Assembly: GCA_003427395.1 (NCBI GenBank)
Contig: BFEA01000001.1
Span: 8,617,120-8,681,119, forward strand
Direction: 5' to 3'
Source: Chara braunii
Taxonomy: Eukaryota > Plantae > Charophyceae
DNA: 64,000 nucleotides
The notes under the pieces were generated by a model, which did no database searches, had not been told where the DNA came from, and saw only the letters and a program-made list of their open reading frames with translations. Of the stretch, positions 48,284 through 60,923 are shown piece by piece; positions within the stretch are counted from its first letter, which is position 1; each line of letters starts with the position of its first letter. Position numbers and translations under genes: made by a program.

Positions 48284-51200
48284 TTTCCACAACATAGATG
48301 TTGTGACTTGTCTCCCCCTCATCCTCTGCCTTTGCCCCCTGAGTCAGAGCTCACTTCGAAAAGGCAGAGGCTAAAACACAGACTATTGAAAGGACAAGGA
48401 GTATTACTCCCTGCTAAGAATGGAATAGTAGTGTTACCGGTCAGGCGGAAAGACGACGGTTGGGAAGTAGGTTTATCCGTCCCACAAGAATCTTCTCACG
48501 GTGAAGTAACCATTATGGGAATTACATCCCCCCTCCTCTCTCTCTCCCTGAGGCGGGCCGGGAAGCAAGGGTGCCACTCATTAAGCTCGAAATCAATATG
48601 TTTATTAAAAATGCCCTCCCTACCGCAAGTATAGCGACACTATTCATAACTGGGGGAGAGCAACGTCTGGCCGAATGGGATGTATTCCTTAAATACGATC
48701 CAGGGAAGAAAAACAACCTGAAATGGCTTAATCAGAACCTTTTGATGGAATTGCAACTTATGAAGATCAAAGCCAGCAGCTTTTGGTCGGAAACAGATGT
48801 GGGCACCTTACTGGTACGTTTCCTGAGCCAACAAGTTTTAGCATCAGGGGGCCTACTGGATGTAGGACAGTGGACTGCTCTACAAAATGACGTCAATATA
48901 TAAATGTCATAACCATATGGATTGTTGATTCCGTAGATAGTTTCCTGCTTTTTTAAATGGATAAGATGGATAAGAAGCATATGATTGACGACCTATATAA
49001 TAGGGATAAACTGTGGAAATCCACTAAAAGACAAGCAGATCTAGACCTTAGATCATTAAATGCGAATGGCTTGGCTTCTGCGAAATTTGAAAAAAGGCAA
49101 GCTATCTACAACCAGCTCAAGGGTATAGGAGGAAAAGATTGGCCTGACATCATTTGCATTCATGAAACGCATCTTATGGACACAGCCTCCCATAATTATT
49201 ATCATAAACAAATCTGGCCACATACGGTCTTCCGGGCACACACTCCCCGACCTGGTAGCGCAGGAGTAGCAATTTGGATTCCACCGGACTCTAAACTGGA
49301 CCCGGTTTACTGGGAAGTGGATAGAGAAGAAGGGAAATGGGCATACATCCTGACGATGTTAGACCTTGAGATTGTAATAGTCCTAAGTGTCTACGCGCCG
49401 AACGAAGTAGGAAATCGTCAACGTTTCTTTGAATCTCTAATCCCTAAACTCCCTGTAGGCATCTGAATCATCATCGCTGAAGATTTTAACGCTGCTCCTG
49501 ACCGTTCATTGGATCGATGGCGTATTCCGGACCCTTGCCCAGACTATATAGCAGCAGATGAAACTATGATGGCTAACCTCACCCAGTCCTTTAACCTGTT
49601 CGATTCATTTAGAAGATTAAACCCTACTCTTCGTACCTTCTCTTGTTTCACGAAAACTCAGACTAAAACATGGACGAAATCAAGGATTGATCTGATCCTC
49701 CTTTCTGAAGATTTAGCAGGTGCAGTACAAATAGCCGAAATATTCCCCAAAAACCCCCAAACTGGTTTGGATCACGCTTTGTGCACAGTCCTACTGACTT
49801 TTTAAAAAAAAACAGACCAAGATAGAGGTTATTACAAACTCAATACCTCCCTTCTTAAACTAGAAAGATTCAAAATCTATCTCAAAGATGTTTGGGATTA
49901 TTGGCGCCAACAAAAATCTCTCATCGACGATAACATAACTTGGTTCAACAACGGTCTGCTCTTCTTAGGCCGTAAATGCAATGAATACTCTAAGATTCTA
50001 GCAGCTTAACGTCATTCCAATGAATCGAGGATCTATCAACGCATTCAGGAACTTCAGTCACAGGATCCTTCCCTGAACGACGATGAGGATATGGAGTCAG
50101 TTGGCCAAGAAATTCATAAGCTAGAGGATCACCTCCTTTCCCTCATGGAATATAGATGGCATGGAGCCCGTATTAGAGGGAAGCTTCGGCAGATTGCCAC
50201 GGAGGGAGGTATGGATGCCAGGTTTTTTGTTATGGCTAAGGTTAGGTCAGGAAGGACAGTAATTGAAGCCCTGACTCATCCTCTAAGTCTAAATAAGAAA
50301 CTAGCAACTACAACGGCAAAATGTACCAAAATTGCGAGAGACTTTTTCAAGTCCCTCTTCCTTTCAAAAACAGCTTCCTCTTCTATTGACCAACGTATCA
50401 AGGATATTGATGACTTTTAAAAACCTTTAAGTAAATCACTTTCTGATCCCCAACGAGATATGCTAGAAACTCCACTAACAAAAGATGAGATATGGACAAC
50501 TCTGATGCTTATGGAAGAAGAGAAAACCCCAGGCATAGATGGTTTACCAAAGAAATTTTGAGAATCTCTTTGAGAATTCATCGCTCAAGATTTAATAGAA
50601 TTTTATCAAGAAGTTTGGAACTCTGGTCGATTAGGAGAAATAGTGGGATAAGGGGTTCCAACACTCCTATACAAAAAAGGTAATAAATGTAATATCCGCA
50701 ATTATCGTCCCATCACCCTCCTCTTAGTTGTGTATAAACTTATCTCCAAAGCCCTTACTATTCGTCTTAATAAATATATAGCAGATATAATTCATCCAGC
50801 CCAGACTGGTTTTATTCAAGGAAGGAATATTCAGGATAATATTCTCTTAATGAATGAATTGGTCAGGCTTTCTCGTCAAACTAAGCATAATGCTGCCTTC
50901 ATCTTTATAGATTTTGAGAAAGCCTACGACCATGTGGATTGACTTTTTCTGGTTTTGACAAGTTCAATTTTGGACCAAATTTAGAAAGTGGATTAAAATT
51001 CTTCATGAGAATGCATCTACAAAAGTAATGGTCAATGGAAATGTAGTTGCTCCCATAATGCTAGAAAGGTCAGTTAGACAAGGAGATCGCATTGCCCCGC
51101 TACTCTTTGTGATCATCATGGAAGCCCTGACAGCTAACATTCGCCACCATAAAGATATTAAGCGCATTCAAGTCACATCCATTCCAGAGGATGTCATTCT

Positions 51201-52555
51201 GGTATTTCTCTCTTCGCGGATGATCTGTTCCTTATGGTTGATGCCTCTCACGAAAATCTGGAGGCTATTAAGAGAACGATGGATGTATTCTGCAAACTAT
51301 CGGATATGAGGGTTAATTGGGGAAATAAGACCCTTAGCTGGTGGATTCATTATCAAGGAGTACGGCCTCCAGAGCAACCGAGGATCAAATGGTTGCCGCT
51401 CGATACGCCAATTAGAGTTCTCGGGATTTCACTCTCAGCGCTTGGCAAACCAGCTTCCAATAGTGAAGGAACTCTCAAACATGCTCTCTCAAAGCTAGAA
51501 TTATGGAAGGATAAACACACCTCATTGATAGGTCGAACACTAGCAATCAACAACGTGGTCCTCGCCTCTATTTGGTACAAATCTGCGATTTGGGCTCTTG
51601 ATCACTTATCTATTAAAACCCTACAATGACAACTGGTAGCACATCTTTGGAGAGGTAGTTATGAATCCAAAAATGTAATTAGTAGAGTGGCTTGGCAATC
51701 ATTAATCCAACCTAGAACCAAAGGTGGCCTCGACATAATCGATCCCACTTTTCAAGCAAAGGCATTGTCAATCCAATGGTTAAAACGCCAACTATTCGGT
51801 CCTCAAACTCCTTGAAAAAGTCTAGCGTGTGAACAAATTAGGCGTCTCGCTCCAATCACCACAGAAGAGGTTGATCCCCTAATGTGGCTGAAAAATCGCG
51901 ATTGGTCAATTCCAAGGGCAACCTCACCAGAGTCCCAAGGATTGGACCTCTCTGACCGACAGGCAACAAGGAATGACATGTCTAGAGATCCTTTCTGGAT
52001 TGATCTGCTCAAGACTTGGAGGAAGCTTCCCATCACTGACAAAGTCATGCCAGAGAGATGGGAAGAGGTATGCCAACAACCACTTTTCAATAATAAACTC
52101 ATCAGAGACTCCAATTGATGCACCTTACACTGTATGGACTCCCCATGGAAAAGCTGGATTAAAAGAGGAATTACGCGCATCAGGGACATTTGGAGTACGG
52201 AAAACCAAGATTGGATCGACTTATCGACCCTCAATGATAAGTTAAAATACTGTCATCACCAAAAGGAATCATTGAAATTTATAATTGATATAATCCCTTT
52301 AGATTGGGTTAGAATCTTGAGAAAAGGTCCTACCCTGATTCTAAATGATTGGGTCTCCGTTCATGATCATCCTGGTGTGGTAGGAAAGATTAAAGAAGTT
52401 CAACCTAACAAGGATGTGTTTATGTCAATCTATGAAGTAGGAGAGGATGAGTATCTTACACCCAGTCCACTTCAAAGTACGGGTTCATTCCAAAAAGACA
52501 GACTGTTCAGGATTAGGATCCTAATGATCCAAGACAAGTGGCTGACATATAAACC

Positions 52556-52593
52556 CTGTCTCTTATACACATCTAGATGTGTATAAGAGACAG
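52556..52593. other. Nextera mate-pair junction adapter (artefact) with false ~197-bp duplication
   Basis: Exact 38-bp adapter; 52359-52555 is repeated at 52594-52790. Confidence 0.97.
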
Positions 52594-53819
52594 GTTCATG
52601 ATTATCCTGGTGTGGTAGGAAAGGTTAAAGAAGTTCAACCTAACAAGGATGTGTTTATGTCAATCTATGAAGTAGGAGAGGATGAGTATCTTACACCCAG
52701 TCCACTTCAAAGTACGGGTCCATTCCAAAAAGACAGACTGTTCAGGATTAGGATCCTAATGATCCAAGACAAGTGGCTGGCATATAAACCTGAGACCCCT
52801 ATTTCTCACCTCCCACTGGATCCTGTTAGCTGGACTTGGTCATCCAAGACATATTCTGGTCGTTCTCACACCATAGCTCTTCACACGATATCAGTTAAAT
52901 CTACATATAGGATGCTGCGCCCCAAAATTAATTTAAAAGAAAAAATTGAAGAGCGATGGATGAGACACTTAAATGTAAATAAAGAGGAATTCCGCTCAGT
53001 CAGATGGTTTCATTTCATCAAATCCAAACCAGCCAAAATATCCTCCCTCCAATGGCAGACCACTCACCGTTGCTTGCCCACCAATGATTGGATCATCGAT
53101 AGAACTACCCTTGAACAAAGAGGAATAGCCTTTCCTTGGTGTAAGTTCTGTAAATCTGCCTTTCCATCCAAGCTGATTCCGGAAACAATAGAACATATAT
53201 TCTTACAGTGCCCAGGGGCGGTTTGGTTATGGCGNTGGTGGGATAGAATNTGGAACCAGACTGAAACCTCCCTACCATGGCCGTGGTGCTGGAAAGCCCT
53301 TCTCCTAGAAGCCTGGACACCATCATGTGAAGACAGCTTCACAACAAACCTCTTCACTATTGGGAGAAGAGCTCTTATCTGGGCTATATGGTCTCATANA
53401 TGCACATTTGATATGGAAGATGTACGGCTTGATGGGCCTGAATTCACAGATTCTATCAAACAACAAGTTCAACTTGAAATTATCTCGAGATGGGAAACAT
53501 TAAAAGAAAAAANTAGATTCTTAACAAATGAAAAAGAAATCAAACAACACATCCAATCATTCAATCTAAACTGGCTTGGAGGGGAACAAGGTGGTAAAAT
53601 TGGGCAGGCTAAATGGAATGGAGTATGTGAGGATACTAAAGGAAAACCTCCAAGAAATTACCTTCTATTTTTTAATGACTGGGAGCAACATAGATCCCGC
53701 CATCCCGCTTACACCATGTTCTGAGTTCCCTGACCCCTTCCCCCCATCGTCCTTGGCTCTTGTTCCAGTCTCATGGTATGGGCGTGAGTGAACTTCGGTA
53801 ACCCAACTTCATTTTATCT

Positions 53820-54130
53820 GGGGTTCCCAGCCATAACCATAGTGTAACAGAGGGGTGCGTAATTGTATTTGGAGAATAGTCATGTCTGGCACCCGCTCTG
53901 GGTGAAGAGACACAACTGAGTCCTAGTACCTGCTCATTTAGTTGGTTTAAAGGGACGCTGGACCCGGTTTCCAGTAAGTGCATTGTTGATGATGTTAAGG
54001 GACCCGGTTTTCCAGAAGGAGCAATGGCTCCCAGTCACAACCATAGTGAAAGAGATGGGAGTTTAATAGTGCTAGGAGAACAGTCATTCCTGGCGCCTGA
54101 TCTGGGTGAAGAGGCACAATTGACTCCCAA
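53820..54130 (+). repeat. Diverged ~200-bp-period duplication in the LINE 3' UTR
   Basis: CCCAG.CA.AACCATAGTG...GGAGAA.AGTCAT..CTGGC.CC..TCTGGGTGAAGAG.CACAA.TGA.TCC at ~53825 and ~54030. Confidence 0.7.
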
Positions 54131-54365
54131 TACTCCCGGACTCTTCAACTGATTCCTAGTATTTGGTTAATTTGTTCAAAAAAGTATCATAGAATCAGCA
54201 GATGTGCATCATCATCAATATCATCATATGAGGGACGCTGAGCCCGATTCTCAGCATTTTCGGTTTGGTCACTCCGGGTAGACTGTGAGGACCCCAGCCT
54301 CAATCTTCTTATTGGTAATATCAGCCTTGGGCACTGGGCCCAATTTAAAAAAGAAAAAGAAAAAA

Positions 54366-57300
54366 AAAGGACGCCTAGTTGAGACGATGTCTTTGAAGTA
54401 TTCCATAGCATAAGTGCAGATCTGAGAGGTTTCGGTAGCCATAGGGGCGGTGAGTGAGAAGGTGTGATTGAGTTCTCTCATCAGTGGCTTGGCTTGTCTG
54501 AGAATCAGGGAGCGAAATGTCAGCTTGGTCATACGGTCATATCCGATAATGCCCCTGATTTTCAGCCACTCCAGCCAATCTGACTGACGCTGGATTTCCA
54601 GATGCTCAAGTTCTGCACGGGCAGCGCTACGCTTAGATGACCAATAATATTCTAAAAATGGGTCATCCCCCATCGATCTTTCGGCCTCTTCTAAAGTTCG
54701 CAAAAGGGTTTTTTCTTTCCATGAGCGGGCAACAGCTTTCATTCTCGAAAATTCCTCCATTGCGGACTGAATTATTCCTATACCCGTATCAGCCCAATCC
54801 TCCAATGAGGAGAATAGGTCTCTGGCCTTGTCCCAATCCTTCATTTGGGCAGTGATCCAAGCAGGAATCCCAGGATCTTTTAGGACTTGGACGTTAAGTC
54901 TGAAAGGGGGTTTGTGCTTGTCTATTATTTCTTTGGCAATGACATCCATAAGTACTGGATGATGGTCTGATATAGATCCATACTTAAGGTCCGCCCATAT
55001 GCAGCGGTCCCATGGGGTCCCTCGTGCAAAAATGACATCCAAGCGCTTTTTGGGTTGGGGTGCTCTCGGGGACGGACTGGGGCCAAACCATGTGAAACCT
55101 GGAGTATCTGGATTCATTACCCTGTATGTGTCGAATAAACCCTGTGAAGTAATTAATTCTGCGAATAGTTGGCCATCTGTTCTCAAGGACTCCGGTCGAG
55201 GGGAGTCTAAGCAAGGATTAAGTACTGAGTTCCAATCTCCTGCTACTATTAGATTCTCCGTGTCTGGAATCAGTTTAGGAAGATCTGCAAAAAAGGCTAT
55301 GCGAGCAGGGTATTCTACTGGAGCGTAGATTGACATGATTAGCCAGTCTTCGTCTCCTATCGCAATTTTAATCCAAGCCCAGCGGCCCTCAATGTCAGCA
55401 CAGCTATCCAGTACCAGGATGTCCAAGTCCTTACTGATAAGTACCGCAACACCCCCTTTTGATCCATTTGCCGGAGACCAAATCTGTGGGCGTGACCACC
55501 AATTACGGGCTTCCGCAATTTTCTCTGCATCTAATTTGGTCTCTTGCAAACAGGCCAGATGGACCCTTTTTGAGTGAATCCAGGAGGCCAAGCGGCTTTT
55601 TTTGAAGGTATTATTTGAGTCTCCTAGGCCTCGTACGTTCCAGTTCAAGATTCTGACTTTATTTGGGAGAATCATTTGAGTCTCCCTTGCCGTGAGAATG
55701 TTGGATACGGCTGGGTCCAGGGGGGGGGGGGTGCTGTCTCATCCTGGGTTATTTCCTGCGGAGCACTGGGGGGTGTAGGGACAGGGTCAGACAGTGTTTT
55801 CCGCAAATGCTCCCTGAACGAAACCGCTTGCAACACCCGCAGGTTGTCAGAGGAAAGAAGCCAGTCAGCCACCACTTGAGCTGTCATAGAGGATCCCAAT
55901 TTAATGTTTTTTAGGACATCAGATTGGGGGGTGGCTAAATGAGAAGCGTCCACCCAATGGACTGGGATCGGAGGGGGGGCATGGTTTTTTTCTTCCAAAT
56001 CTAAGAAGGAAAAAAATAAGGCGACTATGCCTACCCCTGACATCTCCACGAGGTGGCGTGAGGTCTTCGGATCGGTCATCAGTCCAACATCTGCAAATTC
56101 TCGCAGAAAATGTTTCTGAGTCATTCTGACTATGTCTTCTCCCGACGGAATGGAGTAGAGTGGGATCGTCGGTACGCTCAGGGAATTCTCTGCTTCTGCT
56201 GATATCGTCATGAATTGAACCCCCTCGGGGGAGTCTTTGCAGATCATCGGAACCAAATAGAGAGGGATATGCCCCAGCGCTTTTTCGGCTCTCGAAAGAG
56301 TCTTTACCGGAGCGGCCAAGGATAGAGAACGTCTGGTTGTTTTTTTCCCCGTCGGACGTTCTCTCTTCTTGGGCGAGCTTCTATCGATGTTCTCTTTGGG
56401 ACTAGCCTCCTCCTGTTGAATCCGATGGAGTGTTTTGTTCAGGTCTAACCGTGATCTCTTCGCGGGAGACTGTGCAGCGAGCTCGTGCTCAGTATCCAGT
56501 TGAGAGATCATGCACTTTTTTTGACTGTCGACCTGTACCTGACATCCTCCAATCACCTTCTTCTTCTTCGTCGTCTTAATAGAACTTTTAGTGATCGGGA
56601 GAGAAGGGGTTGTGGCTGGAGTAGGCTCTTGTTCCCCTGCTGGAGAAAAAAATTCCTGGTCCGGTTCTTCCACGTCTTCGTCTGCCTCACCTGCTGTTGT
56701 AATGTCAGCCCCTCCTTTCTGGGGAGGGGAGTCCAGTGGAATGTGGGGAGTAGGTTTGGCCATTGTAGTTACCGTAGGAATTGTGAAAAGAGCAGGAAGA
56801 TGCCACGATAAGTCGGGAAGGACCAGGTGAGTCAGAGTATCTGCTGCCTTACCTGTTTCCGGGGAAGGCGCAGGGGCTGAGTTACCTGAGCTATTACGGT
56901 CCATGGCGACTAGTTGTTGCGGTGGAGGGGAGGGAAACGGGGAGGAGGGAGGGTGAGGAGGGGATCTTCGCTCAAGTTCTGTCCCTACTTCTTCCTCATC
57001 TTCTTCTTCTTCTAGGGCCTCTTCTTCCTCTTCACTATCTTCCTCCTCCGCCTCATGCATCCTCGCATCTTCGCCTTCACCTTCACCAACACCCGATGAC
57101 TCCCCACCGGAAGTGCATACCTCTTTTCCATGGGAGTCAAGTTCCGTTCTTTTGGCGTTGGATTTTTCTGTGGAATCCCTGTCCTTGTTTGAAGGACTTG
57201 CGGTTGTCAGAACGGGACTGGTTGCTCTTGACCTGTCTTCGGTAGTGGGGGACTTAAGTGCGTCCTTATAAGTCCGTCCGTTGACTGTCCCCGAACGAAT

Positions 57301-57593
57301 GCTTCCTTGTGGAGGTTTTCTCCACCTACAGCTTGAGGCTGTGGAACAACTAGGTGCTCGCGTGATGTCGACCCTTCCGTGCCCTTGCGCACCAACGGGT
57401 CCTGGGGAGGCACCCCAGGCCCTTTGCCTCCTCCTTTCGCTTGCCACTTTTGGGATTCCTTTCCCACAGCCTTTTTGGAAACCTCGGAGGTTCGACGGCC
57501 AGCAGATGGCTGTTTCTTCTTTTTCCCATTCGGGAGGGTCTTTTGAGTGTTCTTCTGAATATTCTTTTTCCCAGCAGATGGCTGTTTCTTCTT
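54366..57593 (-). mobile_element. 5' half of the interrupted minus-strand LINE (ORF1 55672-57447; ORF2 APE domain from 55675)
   Basis: ORF2 N-terminus is intact: LNWNVRGL, CLQETK, SIYAP, AGDWN, KRLD, SDH; ORF1 stop and ORF2 start overlap as ATGA; 5' end lost in the gap. Confidence 0.92.
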
Positions 57594-57978
57594 NNNNNNN
57601 NNNNNNNNNNNNNNNNNNNNNNNNNNNNNNNNNNNNNNNNNNNNNNNNNNNNNNNNNNNNNNNNNNNNNNNNNNNNNNNNNNNNNNNNNNNNNNNNNNNN
57701 NNNNNNNNNNNNNNNNNNNNNNNNNNNNNNNNNNNNNNNNNNNNNNNNNNNNNNNNNNNNNNNNNNNNNNNNNNNNNNNNNNNNNNNNNNNNNNNNNNNN
57801 NNNNNNNNNNNNNNNNNNNNNNNNNNNNNNNNNNNNNNNNNNNNNNNNNNNNNNNNNNNNNNNNNNNNNNNNNNNNNNNNNNNNNNNNNNNNNNNNNNNN
57901 NNNNNNNNNNNNNNNNNNNNNNNNNNNNNNNNNNNNNNNNNNNNNNNNNNNNNNNTCCCCTACTCCAAGATGGTGGTG

Positions 57979-58014
<36 letters not shown>

Positions 58015-60277
58015 AAAAAAAAAAAAAAAACTCTCTTTCTACACCAAGGAATTTTCCAATCCCATCTCCTCCCTGAACTGTGGATATCCTCCCCTCCATT
58101 CCTCAGATCCTCATCCTTTGTTTGCTCCGTATATGCGATGTCAACAGATTCATCAGTTCCACCAATACCCCTTTCATTACTGACTATTCCGCCCGCTGAA
58201 CTGTGAGAATCAACCTCTCTAATCTTCCGAACGACGTCATTCTTATGAGCACTGCATACTCCCTCATCAGATTTCTCAAATGCATCGTTGCCGCTTTCCT
58301 CCCCGCAGACATGTCTATCTTGGGAACCCCCTTGTGGACTTATCTATTCTTCACACTGTTCCACGCCCCCAGCTTCTACATCGCCTTTCTTTCTCACTAG
58401 CTCACCGTCACTGTTTTGGGGCCGGACACTGATGGCACTGGCCTATCACACAGGCCCATCTTAACTCACCTCCACATTTCCAGCACCTCACGTTGAACTC
58501 CATAGGAAATCCGCCGTTGTAGCCACGTTCTTCGAGGTATCCTTAACCTGCGTGAGGTCCTGGCTTACGTGTCCTCCCAGATGGAGGACGGTAACCACAC
58601 GCCTCGCTATCGCCAGAAGATTCTGAAACTTGGTCCTTTTTTCGAGGTTGCAACCCACCAGGACCACAGACCCCGTCTTCCAACCGTGCTGCTCAATAAC
58701 TCCGCGAGTCTTGAGGCAAGTGTTGCTGATGGGGACCAGTCCGGACTTGGCGGCCTCACATAGATTCAGGGGAGTTTCCCTCGTCTCTTCCACTTTCTGT
58801 CGGATCTACCACGTCGGCGCGTTCTAAGAAAAGCTCTGCAAAATAGACAGTAGTTACTTTTTTACATTATTTAAAATTGTGACTACTAGTAGGAAACTGC
58901 CCTAAAGAAGCAAACTCAAGCCCGTACTACAGAACCGTGGGATAAGAGCAGATGGATGTTTTCAGAAGTAGCAAGCTCTTGTGACTGTTTCCACTTACCC
59001 CTCACACAAATAGGGTTCGATAATCCCGTGCCTCCGGATGAGAAAGACTGTTGCTCCACCCCTTTTCCTCCCTTCCCTCCTTGAGACAATCCAGCCGTCG
59101 AATCCGCCTTAATAACGGCGAGATAACGCTCTCCCCACAAAACTGGCTCCCTGCGCAGACTCGTCCTCTTGAACTCCTGAACTACTCGCTTGGTACTTCG
59201 GCAAGCAGCATCGTCAAATCTTACACGAATCAGCAACAAAAAAGCTGCTACAGCCGCTTGTTCTTCCAAGAATGGAAAGTCTGGAAAGATACTGCTTGTC
59301 TCCCTTCAACCTTCTATCCCCACAGACGGACAAAGCATAAGATCTTGGATCCTGCTCCAAGAGAAGAAAGGAAACCCCAGGAGAAAAAAAAAAAANNNNN
59401 NNNNNNNNNNNNNNNNNNNNNNNNNNNNNNNNNNNNNNNNNNNNNNNNNNNNNNNNNNNNNNNNNNNNNNNNNNNNNNNNNNNNNNNNNNNNNNNNNNNN
59501 NNNNNNNNNNNNNNNNNNNNNNNNNNNNNNNNNNNNNNNNNNNNNNNNNNNNNNNNNNNNNNNNNNNNNNNNNNNNNNNNNNNNNNNNNNNNNNNNNNNN
59601 NNNNNNNNNNNNNNNNNNNNNNNNNNNNNNNNNNNNNNNNNNNNNNNNNNNNNNNNNNNNNNNNNNNNNNNNNNNNNNNNNNNNNNNNNNNNNNNNNNNN
59701 NNNNNNNNNNNNNNNNNNNNNNNNNNNNNNNNNNNNNNNNNNNNNNNNNNNNNNNNNNNNNNNNNNNNNNNNNNNNNNNNNNNNNNNNNNNNNNNNNNNN
59801 NNNNNNNNNNNNNNNNNNNNNNNNNNNNNNNNNNNNNNNNNNNNNNNNNNNNNNNNNNNNNNNNNNNNNNNNNNNNNNNNNNNNNNNNNNNNNNNNNNNN
59901 NNNNNNNNNNNNNNNNNNNNNNNNNNNNNNNNNNNNNNNNNNNNNNNNNNNNNNNNNNNNNNNNNNNNNNNNNNNNNNNNNNNNNNNNNNNNNNNNNNNN
60001 NNNNNNNNNNNNNNNNNNNNNNNNNNNNNNNNNNNNNNNNNNNNNNNNNNNNNNNNNNNNNNNNNNNNNNNNNNNNNNNNNNNNNNNNNNNNNNNNNNNN
60101 NNNNNNNNNNNNNNNNNNNNNNNNNNNNNNNNNNNNNNNNNNNNNNNNNNNNNNNNNNNNNNNNNNNNNNNNNNNNNNNNNNNNNNNNNNNNNNNNNNNN
60201 NNNNNNNNNNNNNNNNNNNNNNNNAGCAGTTTCTCTGAGGTTAGGATCGAGTGTAAATGGATCCCATTTTCGACTGA

Positions 60278-60732
60278 GGGCAGGCTCACACTAGGTACCC
60301 AAATTCCCAAAAAATGGGAAAATGGGAACGGCCGTTTTGAGGAAATGCGGCCCTGGTCGGTCACACTGTGTTCCCAAAACGCTAACGACAAGGTCGCTAC
60401 ATCATACTCTGCGAGGTGGTTGTGGAGAGCGCCGGTCACACCTTGGATACCTCAAATGGCAAATGCACAATTATTCATTTTGTCAATTGATAGGCCGCTA
60501 ATATCGTGGGGTTCCATTTTTCTCCAATACTGCAGGATAATTCGGAAAAAGATTTGAGAATTTGCGGTAACCTCCAGAGGTCACCGCAAATTCCCTCCCC
60601 CCGCAGCTTCGCAGGCCGCTGACAAATGGTCACCCCTTTTGAGAATTTGGGCAGATGTTCACCATGTGTGACTGTCCGGGAAGGCCTTTTTTTGGGGGAA
60701 ATGGGGATTTGGTACCTAGTGTGAGCGTGCCC
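60278..60732. mobile_element. 455-bp Harbinger/Tourist-like MITE inserted in a LINE 3' UTR
   Basis: TIRs GGGCAGGCTCACACTAGGTACC / GGTACCTAGTGTGAGCGTGCCC; TGA TSD at 60275-60277 and 60733-60735. Confidence 0.88.
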
Positions 60733-60735
60733 TGA

Positions 60736-60923
60736 GAGTAATAGTCCTGGGTTCTTGGTGATCCTTTTTAGCAGGCTTGAGTAAGTTGCGGAATACTTGT
60801 GAGGGATGACTGGTGACTATAGTCCAGCCTCCGGCTGTAAGCGAAACCGGGTTGTGAGCTCCCCGGCCTCAATTGTTGAAAGTTGCAATATAAAGCTGTG
60901 TTTCAAAAAAAAAAAAAAAAAAA
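60736..60923 (+). mobile_element. LINE 3' end remnant with conserved motif and poly(A)
   Basis: CCGGGTTGTGAGCTCCCCGGCCTC at 60847-60870, then an A-run at 60905-60923. Confidence 0.65.

Larger units (their letters stand above)
44386..54365 (+). mobile_element. Near-full-length ~10 kb L1/Tx1-type LINE (family A/F) nested in another LINE
   Basis: TSD AAAGGACGCC at 44376-44385 and 54366-54375; long ORF1 region with a zinc knuckle; ORF2 48957-53791 (APE, RT, zinc finger) with stops; poly(A) 54347-54365. Confidence 0.93.

Noticed and set aside
54269-54368. C-terminal extension of the 468-aa minus-strand ORF (FFFFFKLGP...)
   Set aside because: Read-through into the antisense poly(A) and UTR of the inserted LINE, not a real protein end
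57956-59395. Possible exons or TE coding fragments between two gaps
   Set aside because: Short frames with stops and no motif I can assign
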